A DNA stretch of 64,000 nucleotides from an uncultured Verrucomicrobiae bacterium (GTDB taxonomy: Bacteria; Verrucomicrobiota; Verrucomicrobiia; Chthoniobacterales; UBA10450): assembly GCA_963735805.1 (NCBI GenBank), contig CAVTMK010000002.1, forward strand, positions 192,001 to 256,000, written 5' to 3'. The notes beneath the pieces are model-generated. The model was not told where the DNA came from, did no database searches, and saw nothing but the letters and a program-made list of their open reading frames with translations. Position 1 is the first letter of the stretch. Every line of letters begins with the position of its first letter. Shown piece by piece: positions 30,601 through 38,152 of this stretch. Both the position numbers and the translations under genes were made by a program.

Positions 30601-30910
30601 GATTTTGAACTACACATTTAACATGCCACCGCCTGCCCCGGCGGAGGTACCCGGCTATGCCAAGGATGGTGGGAAGAATGTGAAGATGAAAGATGGCAAG
30701 GAGAAGAACGTGGTACCCGTCTCAACAGCCGAGTATGGCTGTAGCAACTGGCAGTGGTGGCTTAATAACACCACCGTCACGCTGGGTATGCAGAACGTGA
30801 CTGACGAGGATCCGCCGTTTGTGGCTGGTTCGTTTGAGAACGGCTACGACGAGTCCATTGCGACTATTAAAGGCCGGTTCTGGTACGTCGGATTAAAGAA
30901 GCGCTTCTAG
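27668..30910 (+). CDS. TonB-dependent receptor, copy 2
   Basis: Colinear close paralogue of 13012-16239. Confidence 0.92.
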   Translation: MIKNVLTKLGVFRGAFVATVGFSLIFASNAFAQLPAPAAPGAAAGPTTAEVERVVVTGSNIPTAEETGPNPVDTYRPQDIEKLGIRSTTDLQEFIPQEAGGTVNTNMGNGGDGTVQFNLRGLLPKETLVLIDGKRVAYGSLNTAGVSGGVDINLIPFSMIDHIDILKDGASAVYGSDAISGVVNFFLLHKFRGLEIGATYGNTNMGASNEMGEWEAWIKAGTGDDKTDIVVVADFFERLGGLFSRDRDISANGFFVPFGGFDVRSGNEPGRVQGTRLLPTLFFSGNTPPPHSAPNAATSPFYASPFAVNPNAFPGAPGIHNPRVTLDQTGTKYRGGGNYFFYNFAAVTPALPPGDRQVYYGSFTRDLCDKYLTVFADFKYARSYFDSSLAAAPFTPDPFKAPGTNAFFSPQGISVPIQNPFNPFTVGDATLVINGVPTPMTTGVRFRSLNDTGSRSEKFTYWDQLFDVGLRGEMGEFGDYFKTWNWEAGFRYSRNEGQDLSVGEVSQPGLRDALLDTNPATAFNPFGGFFRENSPRARQSVYVTLHNSGEYELPIYYATINGDLFSLPGGPVSFAIGGEYDAPRFTRDRDALNNTFQSIGSVDGQSFRVNRDIWGIYEEVRVPFTSPTWNFPGFYSFEVDFAEREEWYSNNTSGVLPSGLFPGGPSVHTTYNAQKPKISLRWQPLDPKYIGAVTLRGSYSEAFHAPTLSELTPASSQGFPIVVDPFSTQTDPQIEERILGNPNAHPETAYEWTYGIVYSPKWVKGLTLSADWWHIDMRDIITALGAQTILLENPPPGPGASTVTNPNGAIVARSTGNNPLEPGPVTLVVDPSQNLSGAIFEGLDYEAIYILDSTIFGDGDWGRLTTTVNGTWLSRAEFQASSSTKRVGIAGEFLPPGFALTSSLPWNRANFSIFYDGPADTWMQGLDVGAIVHWTGQYEDDNASLTGSTKLNEPRSGGFPDFGELRARKVSAWTTLDLILNYTFNMPPPAPAEVPGYAKDGGKNVKMKDGKEKNVVPVSTAEYGCSNWQWWLNNTTVTLGMQNVTDEDPPFVAGSFENGYDESIATIKGRFWYVGLKKRF

Positions 30911-30938
30911 CTTTAACTTTCTCCGCTGGTTAGGTTAT

Positions 30939-30975
30939 AGAGGCAGCCCCGGATGTTTTCGGGGCTGCCTCTTTG
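30939..30975 (+). terminator. Intrinsic terminator
   Basis: AGAGGCAGCCCCG...CGGGGCTGCCTCT stem followed by TTG. Confidence 0.75.
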
Positions 30976-31322
30976 CTTGGTTGCTCATAGCAAGGGGGTC
31001 CTGCTCAACCAAAGCGACTCTCTCTTGTTAGTCTGGGGCCCCATACTGATGGGAAAGTGTTTGGCGCCCTAAGCCGGGTTATCTTAACAGTTTGAATTTA
31101 GTGCAGCCAGCGTTTGCTGCTCCAGTTTTTCAACATCGCAATACTTAACGCGTTCTGGCCATTCTTCACTGGCATTGTCGTGCACCTGCTGGCCGCGATG
31201 TTTCAGTTTGCACGAATTATTCTACTTCCGCCTTAGGCCTACGGTACCCTAGACTAACGCGTGGTCAGTCATCGACTCTACCTTAACTGTAGCCCCTCGA
31301 CGGCGTCTTACGTGGAAGCGTT

Positions 31323-31766
31323 TTATGCTTGCGCGGACTGATCGGCAGGTTTCCCGCCGAGGCTTTGCAAGAGCGAGGGCAACAAAGCAGCCAATCCCTC
31401 CTGGTGGTCCGCGGCAGGATCGATCTTTCCAGCAGGCGTCAGTTTGTCCACGATTTTTGGCAGATATTCGGCCAGGAAACTTGAGGCCATCGCGGGATCC
31501 ACTCCCATTCTCGCCGCGAGCGCTTTGACTTGGTCTGAACCAAGCGCCTCTTGGATTTGATTGGTGGAAACCGACTGGTTTTCACCCAAGCCAACCCAAG
31601 ATGAGAATGTATTCCCCTGGCCGCTCTGTGAAAATTTGCTGGCCAAACCCTGCAGGCCACCGCATTGCGTGAGGAGACCGCTGAGAACTCCGATGAGCGG
31701 AGCCGCTTTCTCAGACGTGTCGCCTTTTCCACTAACTGCGCTAAGTATCGAATCAAGTAATCCCAT
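31323..31766 (-). CDS. YidB/DUF937-family protein
   Basis: MGLLD, GGLQGL, SWVGLGEN, LPKIVDKLTPAG. Confidence 0.88.
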   Translation of the reverse strand: MGLLDSILSAVSGKGDTSEKAAPLIGVLSGLLTQCGGLQGLASKFSQSGQGNTFSSWVGLGENQSVSTNQIQEALGSDQVKALAARMGVDPAMASSFLAEYLPKIVDKLTPAGKIDPAADHQEGLAALLPSLLQSLGGKPADQSAQA

Positions 31767-31899
31767 AATCTTAATGGTCCTTTCGTATGTGCATTTGTTT
31801 CTTCGAATAAAAATTGAAGCTGCGCCAAGCTTCGCGGGAAGAATATCGGACCGAAGTAAGTCTCAACAAGTCAAATTCAACGTGCGTCGAGGGCGCATA

Positions 31900-32838
31900 C
31901 TACTTGTCAGTGGAAGAGTTGTCATACCCATTACCGTGGACTTCAAACTCCATTTGTTCGGTGTCATGAAGACGGCCGTAATCTACGGTGAGCCGGCCTC
32001 CGCCGTGTTCGGTGTAAATTTCGACAAATCGATAGCCGAATTGAACATCGCGCCAGCTGTAATCTTTTTGCGTTTGAACGGCAGCCGCAATGACAGGATC
32101 GATTCCAACCACTGAGACAATAAAGAGGACCCGGCTGGATTCGAGCGACTCGGGAGTTGCTCCAAACAGCGGACTGGTTTCGTCGATCGTATGCCGCAAA
32201 GTGAGTGCCGCGGGAAAAACCGTCAACCGATCGAAGTGAAGTTTGAGAACATAAAAGTGACGGAAATCTCCGCCTTCGAGCAACGGTTCATCGCGCGAAA
32301 ACATGATCCGAAACTCGGCTTCTACCATGCTGTGCTGGTTTTCGTTACCAATCCGCACCATCAAAGTCGGCTTCCCATTTAACGGCGCGACAACAATGGA
32401 ATTACTGAACATGACGCGCGCAAACGGACGCGAAAAGCGAACAAAGATCAGCCCAGTCATCACCGCGAGCAAAAACAGGCCGCTCATAATTTCAATGGTG
32501 GTAACGATGTGGCCATACAGCGTTTGCGGATACATGTGGCCATAGCCGACGGTGGCCAGCGTTTGTACGCTGAAAAAGAAGCAGTCAAAAAACCGATGCC
32601 CACCAGTGCTACCGGCAATGCTGTTTTGCTGGAAACTGTAGAGCCCCGCAAAAAAAAGGTTTAACCCGACGTAAAGAGTGGCAGCAAACGCCGCGAACCG
32701 CGGCCAACTCAAACCGAGCAGCCAGCGATAGACATCCCGCCACCTCCAATGGTCCGTCCCAACTTTGACGAATTCCACCTGGCCGGCACGGACAGAAACG
32801 GGAGCGGGGTTTCTCCTCGTTATCGGTATTGGCAACAT
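31900..32838 (-). CDS. Inward-rectifier potassium channel (KirBac-like)
   Basis: FFFSVQTLATVGYG filter, RFSRP, HTIDETSPL. Confidence 0.92.
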   Translation of the reverse strand: MLPIPITRRNPAPVSVRAGQVEFVKVGTDHWRWRDVYRWLLGLSWPRFAAFAATLYVGLNLFFAGLYSFQQNSIAGSTGGHRFFDCFFFSVQTLATVGYGHMYPQTLYGHIVTTIEIMSGLFLLAVMTGLIFVRFSRPFARVMFSNSIVVAPLNGKPTLMVRIGNENQHSMVEAEFRIMFSRDEPLLEGGDFRHFYVLKLHFDRLTVFPAALTLRHTIDETSPLFGATPESLESSRVLFIVSVVGIDPVIAAAVQTQKDYSWRDVQFGYRFVEIYTEHGGGRLTVDYGRLHDTEQMEFEVHGNGYDNSSTDK

Positions 32839-33290
32839 ATGGCGAAATAGCGCAGAAATGCCGTGACAAGATTTCTGCCAATTAGATAAACAAACTCTGT
32901 GAGACAGACACTGTTTGCAACCGTATTGAGCGCCAGCCTCATGGCGAACGGGGTATCATAAGCGTCTCCGCAACCAAGCAAAGTCGCATCAAACGCGCCA
33001 GTTCCAATAAGGTTGACGCCGTTCACGTCGTTATCCGTTCCGGAGCGGATTTGGAGCAGATCTTCACCTATTTTCCGTATCCCGATATACCCGCCCAGTA
33101 TCGATTTGCCAAAATAACCGGGACGGGCATCTGTCGATTGACAGTCGACTCGCGAGGCAAAATTACAGAGATCTAAAACACTCATTCGCTGGCGCGCTAA
33201 GCCTGGTCCGACCCGAATTGTAGATACGCCATGGACCGTTTCTGCAGGTTACCGCTTGATCACCAACGAAGGATCGCATATCCCGAGACG

Positions 33291-33902
33291 CTAACTTTTT
33301 CGTTTCGCGTTCAACCCGGAAACGAATTCTGTGATCATTTGGAGGATTTGTTGATCGATATCCTCTTGCGTCTTTCCTGCCGCCTGAAGCTGGCGTTTCA
33401 ACACGCGCAGGGAATGGTCCGCTCCTTCAACGACATGCAAAACGTTTTGCGTTTTCATTTCCGTGCGAACGCGCTCAAGGAGATCTAACGGGCAAAGCGG
33501 ATCCCGGGTGCCTTGCACAAAAAGAATTGGCGTAGTCAGGGCGCGCAAAACTTCATCGCGGAGTTTTGTGCGATCTCCCATCGCGCAGAGCGGGTATCCG
33601 AGGCAAACGAGTCCGTCTACCTTTTCTTCGAGTGAAAGATGACATCCAACACGGCCTCCCATGCTCTTACCAATCAGAATCGCTAATTTGGTCGGATGCC
33701 GTTTTCTCGCGGCGCTGAACGCATGTTGGTGCGCCGCGATAAGTTTTGCCAATGGATCGGGACGCCTGCGGCCTTCGCGCATGTAATCGTAATCGAACGT
33801 CTCGACGTCGCCAATCTCCGACAAACGATTTTTCCAATTTTGGATCCAGGTATGCGATGATGGCGCGCCTGCTCCGGGAGCAAATAAAATCAAGGGTTTC
33901 AT
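33291..33902 (-). CDS. Alpha/beta hydrolase (KANSL3/Tex30-like)
   Basis: GAGA, GKSMGGR, LGYPL, QGTRDP, ADHSL. Confidence 0.85.
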   Translation of the reverse strand: MKPLILFAPGAGAPSSHTWIQNWKNRLSEIGDVETFDYDYMREGRRRPDPLAKLIAAHQHAFSAARKRHPTKLAILIGKSMGGRVGCHLSLEEKVDGLVCLGYPLCAMGDRTKLRDEVLRALTTPILFVQGTRDPLCPLDLLERVRTEMKTQNVLHVVEGADHSLRVLKRQLQAAGKTQEDIDQQILQMITEFVSGLNAKRKS

Positions 33903-33959
33903 AAGTTGTGATTGGCCTCCGCAGCAGCAGAGCCCCACAATCTTCGTACTCGGCCGGAG

Positions 33960-34658
33960 TTAAACAAAGAGCCTTGGCAAGACGTTCGCAACAAAATCCA
34001 CCAACCCGTGACCGATCATGTTGGCCACCAGGTCGCGACGCCACAAATAGAATCCGGTCAGGATTGCACCTGCCGCGAGTGCGATAAGAACGTTAGCCGC
34101 GCCGCCGGACCAATGGCCGAGCGAAAAAATAACCAGAGGAATTGTGACCGACCAGAAGCGTCCAAGACCAATCATGCGCAGACGTTCGATCGCGTAACCG
34201 CGGTAAAATAGTTCCTCCACCACTCCAGCCCGGAAAACGATCAGCGTAATTAACCACAGCGGAAGTTTCTCGAAGGCAGCCGATCCGGGACCGTGCCCAT
34301 AGCCTGTAAGATGGGCCAGGCCGCCCACCACTGTTGCCGATACGACCGCGATTACGAACCCCCATAAAATAGACGCCCACCAGCGGGTTGTACCCAAACC
34401 GATCGAACGCAGAGACAAATGTTCGCCGCGCCGAATGATAATCAGGAGAGCGACTGCGCTCAGCCAGTATAGAGCTTCTTTAAGAATCGCCCAGCCGAAC
34501 GTGACTTCAGGCACAAAGAAAACCAGCGCGTAGCGAATCGCTACCATCGCGAACAAAGAAATAAAAAGTCCAAGCCAGGTGGCATGTGACACTTTTGCGG
34601 CGACCAAATTCTTATCCGTCACAAGAAACGGTTGTAATCCGACATTGTCTGTTTCCAT
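33960..34658 (-). CDS. CPBP/Abi-family intramembrane glutamic endopeptidase
   Basis: EELFYRG, FSLGH, HGLVD. Confidence 0.88.
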   Translation of the reverse strand: METDNVGLQPFLVTDKNLVAAKVSHATWLGLFISLFAMVAIRYALVFFVPEVTFGWAILKEALYWLSAVALLIIIRRGEHLSLRSIGLGTTRWWASILWGFVIAVVSATVVGGLAHLTGYGHGPGSAAFEKLPLWLITLIVFRAGVVEELFYRGYAIERLRMIGLGRFWSVTIPLVIFSLGHWSGGAANVLIALAAGAILTGFYLWRRDLVANMIGHGLVDFVANVLPRLFV

Positions 34659-34753
34659 AAATCTCCATTAGGATGCTGTGGTAGGGGATTTGGATTCAAC
34701 AAATCGGAGAATTTCTCCTGCGTCGAATCTACTTTGCGCTATCGCCCGTTGCT

Positions 34754-36046
34754 CTATTGGACGGTCACAAGCGTCCCGATCGGGATTTCCGAGAAGAACT
34801 TGCGAGCAGCTTCCTCAGGGAGTCGAATGCAACCATGTGAGGCTGGATAATTCGGCACGATGCCCGCGTGCATTCCGAAGTCGAGGCAACTCAACCGCAT
34901 GAAATAGGGCATCTCCACGTGGTAAATGGTAGAGCGATGGTTTCGTTCTTTATTGGTAATTACAAAGTCGCCTCTGCGCGTGGCATAGCCCTGGCGTCCA
35001 GTTGAGCATTGCGTGCGATACACCGGCACGCCGTTTTTAAAGAGAGCAACCCTTTGCAAGGCAAGAGAAATCTCCACGCGTAATTGATCCGGTGGAGGCC
35101 CGCCACCGAGAAGAATTTGCGAGGAACGCCAATGACCCGTTTCCGCGGCGATGTCGAGCGCCGACATTTTGTCGCGCTTGGTCAGTTGATTTCGGGCTGC
35201 GCCTGTCGCAAGCAGAGCGCGCAAGTAGTCTTCCCGGTCAAGGCCTGCCGCCAGCATCAGCATGGTGAGTCCCTTGTCGCCTTCAACGTAACTGGTGAAC
35301 GATTTCGATGGAAAGAGTGCCAGAAAATCTTTGTCACAGCGCGATGGCAGAACCGTGTTGGGGTCGGCGCCACAGTTCAAAAGCGCGCTAAAGAGAGAGG
35401 AGTCATTGCCAGCGATTGCGTACGCCAGCAATGGAACATTTTTTCCCTCAGGCGTTGGAGGGGCGGAGTGTTTGCTGAGCAGCAACCGGATTTCGTCCTT
35501 GTCTCCGGTCATCAAGGCTGCCTGAAGAGCGCGCTGTGCACTGCTGCGCCAGTCAGGCATCTTGGGCAACTGTTCCACAACAGACCTGACGATTTCCGAG
35601 TTGCCGCCATCGAGTGCTACGCCCAGCAAATCACTTCCATCTTTGCAGCGCGCTTCAGCGTGAAGATTGGCGGAACGAGCCAGCAATTCGCGGAAAATTT
35701 CGAGGTTGCCGTGCATGGCGGCGGCCATCAACGGCGTAAACCCGTTTTTGTCAGCAAGATCGACCAACGCACCGACACCCATTAAACGCTGTGCCGTTTT
35801 CCAATCCTGCTGTGAAGTTGCAATCAGCAACGGCGTCCGGCCCTGCGCGTCATGGCCGTTTGGATCGACGTGATCAATCAGGCACAATTCGATGAGCGAG
35901 TCGCGCTGAATTGTAACGGCCCGAACCAGTTCGCTCGACGAAATCGAGATGTGTGCAAAGGGCTCAGGTCCAAGCGCAGTTGCCCAGAACAACATTAAAA
36001 GTACGACGCCTGCCGGGAAGACAAATCGCCTCTTAAACACGCGCAT
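34754..36046 (-). CDS. Ankyrin-repeat plus L,D-transpeptidase (YkuD) fusion protein
   Basis: GRTPLL, GFTPLMAAA and GADPN ankyrin repeats; C-terminal STGR, MPY, MHAG, SHGCIRL; start set at MRVFKRR. Confidence 0.82.
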   Translation of the reverse strand: MRVFKRRFVFPAGVVLLMLFWATALGPEPFAHISISSSELVRAVTIQRDSLIELCLIDHVDPNGHDAQGRTPLLIATSQQDWKTAQRLMGVGALVDLADKNGFTPLMAAAMHGNLEIFRELLARSANLHAEARCKDGSDLLGVALDGGNSEIVRSVVEQLPKMPDWRSSAQRALQAALMTGDKDEIRLLLSKHSAPPTPEGKNVPLLAYAIAGNDSSLFSALLNCGADPNTVLPSRCDKDFLALFPSKSFTSYVEGDKGLTMLMLAAGLDREDYLRALLATGAARNQLTKRDKMSALDIAAETGHWRSSQILLGGGPPPDQLRVEISLALQRVALFKNGVPVYRTQCSTGRQGYATRRGDFVITNKERNHRSTIYHVEMPYFMRLSCLDFGMHAGIVPNYPASHGCIRLPEEAARKFFSEIPIGTLVTVQ

Positions 36047-36152
36047 ATGCAGGGTTGGGCCGGCTATTATACAGGCGTCGTCCAGCACTGTAGTAGACGG
36101 GGGGGTGGACTGCGAGCCTACCTTTGAACAAGCCGGGATTGGACGTATCCAG

Positions 36153-36181
36153 TTGAACGTTGCATGTTCCGGGCTGTCCAA
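36153..36181 (+). promoter_or_regulatory. Putative ECF-sigma promoter of the degQ-like gene
   Basis: GAAC (36155)-N16-TGTCCAA. Confidence 0.45.
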
Positions 36182-36191
36182 ATTCCAACCA

Positions 36192-37658
36192 ATGCGCTTA
36201 TCCATTTTCACCCTGTGCGTCGCAGTGAGTACATCGTTTGCCGCGCAACCTGAGGCTGTCCCCACGGCGACTGTTCCTGCCGCCGTGGCCGAAGCTGGCA
36301 AAGATGTCGTTCATCAGTTAAATAATGCTTTCGCAAAAGTCTTCGAAACAGTCGCGCCGAGCGTTGTTATTATAGAGGTTTCCAAGAAAAACGATATCAC
36401 CGAAAATTCGCCGCTCGACGATTTGTTTTTCCAGGGGCCGCCCGATGACAATAATCCGCGGCGGAGCCCAGGCGCGCAGCGCCAGATCCAAAGCGAAGGC
36501 TCCGGTTTTGTCGTCCGGCCGGATGGTTATATTTTCACGAACTTTCACGTCGTTGAAGGGGCAGACAAGATTGATGTGAAGTTAAAGGACGGCCGCAATT
36601 TTCCGGCAAAGGTCGTAGGTACTGACGAAAAGACTGATATTGCGGTCATCAAAATCGACGCCAAAGATTTGCCCGTTGTCCAGCTGGGCGACAGCGACGC
36701 GGTGCGGGTGGGCCAGTTTGCATTCGCGATCGGTGCTCCATTCAAGCTTGATTACACTTTTACTTACGGTGTGGTCAGCGGCAAAGGCAGAAGCAAATTG
36801 CTTCAGACGGGCGCTTACTCCATCTCCGATTATTTGCAGACCGATGCTTCGATTAATCCGGGTAACAGCGGAGGCCCGCTCTGCGACATCGACGGCAAAG
36901 TAATCGGCATGAACACTCTGATTAACGGTATGAATCGCGGATTGGGCTTCGCAATCCCCAGTAACATGGCCAGGGAAATCGGCAGCGAACTGATTGCTGG
37001 TCACAAAATCTCGCGTCCCTGGCTGGGCATCCGGATCGAGACGCTCGGTGACGATCCGGATATCCGCGATTTGTTCAAAGGCGCCGATCGAGGCGTGATC
37101 GTTCGCACGATTGAAGCCGATGCGCCTGCTTCCAAAAGTGATTTGCGACCGTTCGACGTAATTACGCACCTGGATGGAACGCCGATCGAATCGGACTCAC
37201 AGCTCCAGCATGAGATTTTGAAAAAGAAAATCGGTCAAAGCGTTCAACTGACTGTCTGGCGCAAAGGCCAAACCATCAAAGTCCCCATCAAAACTGGTGA
37301 ATTACCTGGCGAAATTGCGCGAACGTCGAATACTCTGCCGACGCAGCCGCCGCAGCCGAAGCAGGAAAGCGTGGGCAAATTTGGGTTACAAGTTCAGGAA
37401 TTGACCAAAGACGTTGCGGAACGCCTGCATCTGCCAGTCCAGCAAGGGGTGGTGGTAACCGATGTCGAGGAAAATAGCATTGCTGCCGGACAGGACATTC
37501 AGCGTGAAGACGTGATTACCGAAGTGGACGGTAAGCCGGTCGCGAACGTGCAGTCATTCCGCGAGGCGCTAAATAAAGCCGATCCGAAACGCGGTGTTCT
37601 TCTCTATCTCGACCGCAAAGGCAGCAAAACGTTCGCAGTCTTAAAGGCCGGCGATTAG
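36192..37658 (+). CDS. DegP/DegQ-type HtrA serine protease with two PDZ domains
   Basis: Signal peptide; intact triad TNFHVV, TDIAV, INPGNSGGP. Confidence 0.93.
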   Translation: MRLSIFTLCVAVSTSFAAQPEAVPTATVPAAVAEAGKDVVHQLNNAFAKVFETVAPSVVIIEVSKKNDITENSPLDDLFFQGPPDDNNPRRSPGAQRQIQSEGSGFVVRPDGYIFTNFHVVEGADKIDVKLKDGRNFPAKVVGTDEKTDIAVIKIDAKDLPVVQLGDSDAVRVGQFAFAIGAPFKLDYTFTYGVVSGKGRSKLLQTGAYSISDYLQTDASINPGNSGGPLCDIDGKVIGMNTLINGMNRGLGFAIPSNMAREIGSELIAGHKISRPWLGIRIETLGDDPDIRDLFKGADRGVIVRTIEADAPASKSDLRPFDVITHLDGTPIESDSQLQHEILKKKIGQSVQLTVWRKGQTIKVPIKTGELPGEIARTSNTLPTQPPQPKQESVGKFGLQVQELTKDVAERLHLPVQQGVVVTDVEENSIAAGQDIQREDVITEVDGKPVANVQSFREALNKADPKRGVLLYLDRKGSKTFAVLKAGD

Positions 37659-37876
37659 CTCCTTCGGCTGCCGATAACTACCAGCGCAATCCCACCGATC
37701 AGGCAAATTCCGCTGGCAATGGGTGGAAACGCAATTCCGTGGCTCTCCTTGTGAGTGATCTCAAGGGGACCGAGTTGCGCGTCTTTCTTTTGCGTCGTCC
37801 AGCCTAGTCCACCCCAGGCGAATCCAACGATGCCGATGATAATAAGGACGATGCCGAGGATGGCGGCTGGTTTCAT
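37655..37876 (-). CDS. Small membrane protein (DUF3185-like)
   Basis: Two TM helices around QLGPLEI. Confidence 0.7.
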   Translation of the reverse strand: MKPAAILGIVLIIIGIVGFAWGGLGWTTQKKDAQLGPLEITHKESHGIAFPPIASGICLIGGIALVVIGSRRS

Positions 37877-37886
37877 TCAGGGGAGG

Positions 37887-38036
37887 CTATAACGGGCGCC
37901 GGCCTTGGATCAATTGAATAATCAGCACCACAATCGCAATGACGAGCAGGATGTGAATGAATCCGCCCATCGTATAGGAACTGACCAGTCCAAGGAGCCA
38001 GAGCACAAGCAAGATCACGAATATTGTCCAGAGCAT
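37887..38036 (-). CDS. lmo0937-family small membrane protein
   Basis: MLWTIFVILLVLWLLG...GGFIHILLVIA. Confidence 0.85.
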   Translation of the reverse strand: MLWTIFVILLVLWLLGLVSSYTMGGFIHILLVIAIVVLIIQLIQGRRPL

Positions 38037-38152
38037 ATATTCCTTTCGGTTAGCTACATGTTCTTCGTGGGCTGCTGTTCCGCTGCGCTTATGAAAAACC
38101 AAAATTTCTGCCCGGGTCCGGCCTTGTAGCATTGTTCCCTGAATTACGCCAG

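Noticed and set aside
30976..31320. Possible ncRNA or sigma-54 promoter after receptor 2
   Set aside because: No convincing structure, and TGGCA..TGC has GG-N9-GC spacing rather than N10
32820..33185. 121-aa ORF upstream of the K+ channel
   Set aside because: No recognisable motif and it overlaps the channel start; cannot be supported as a gene
35949..36301. Apparent overlap of the divergent ankyrin-YkuD and degQ ORFs
   Set aside because: Artefact of longest-ORF calling; signal-peptide starts at 36046 (-) and 36192 (+) remove the overlap
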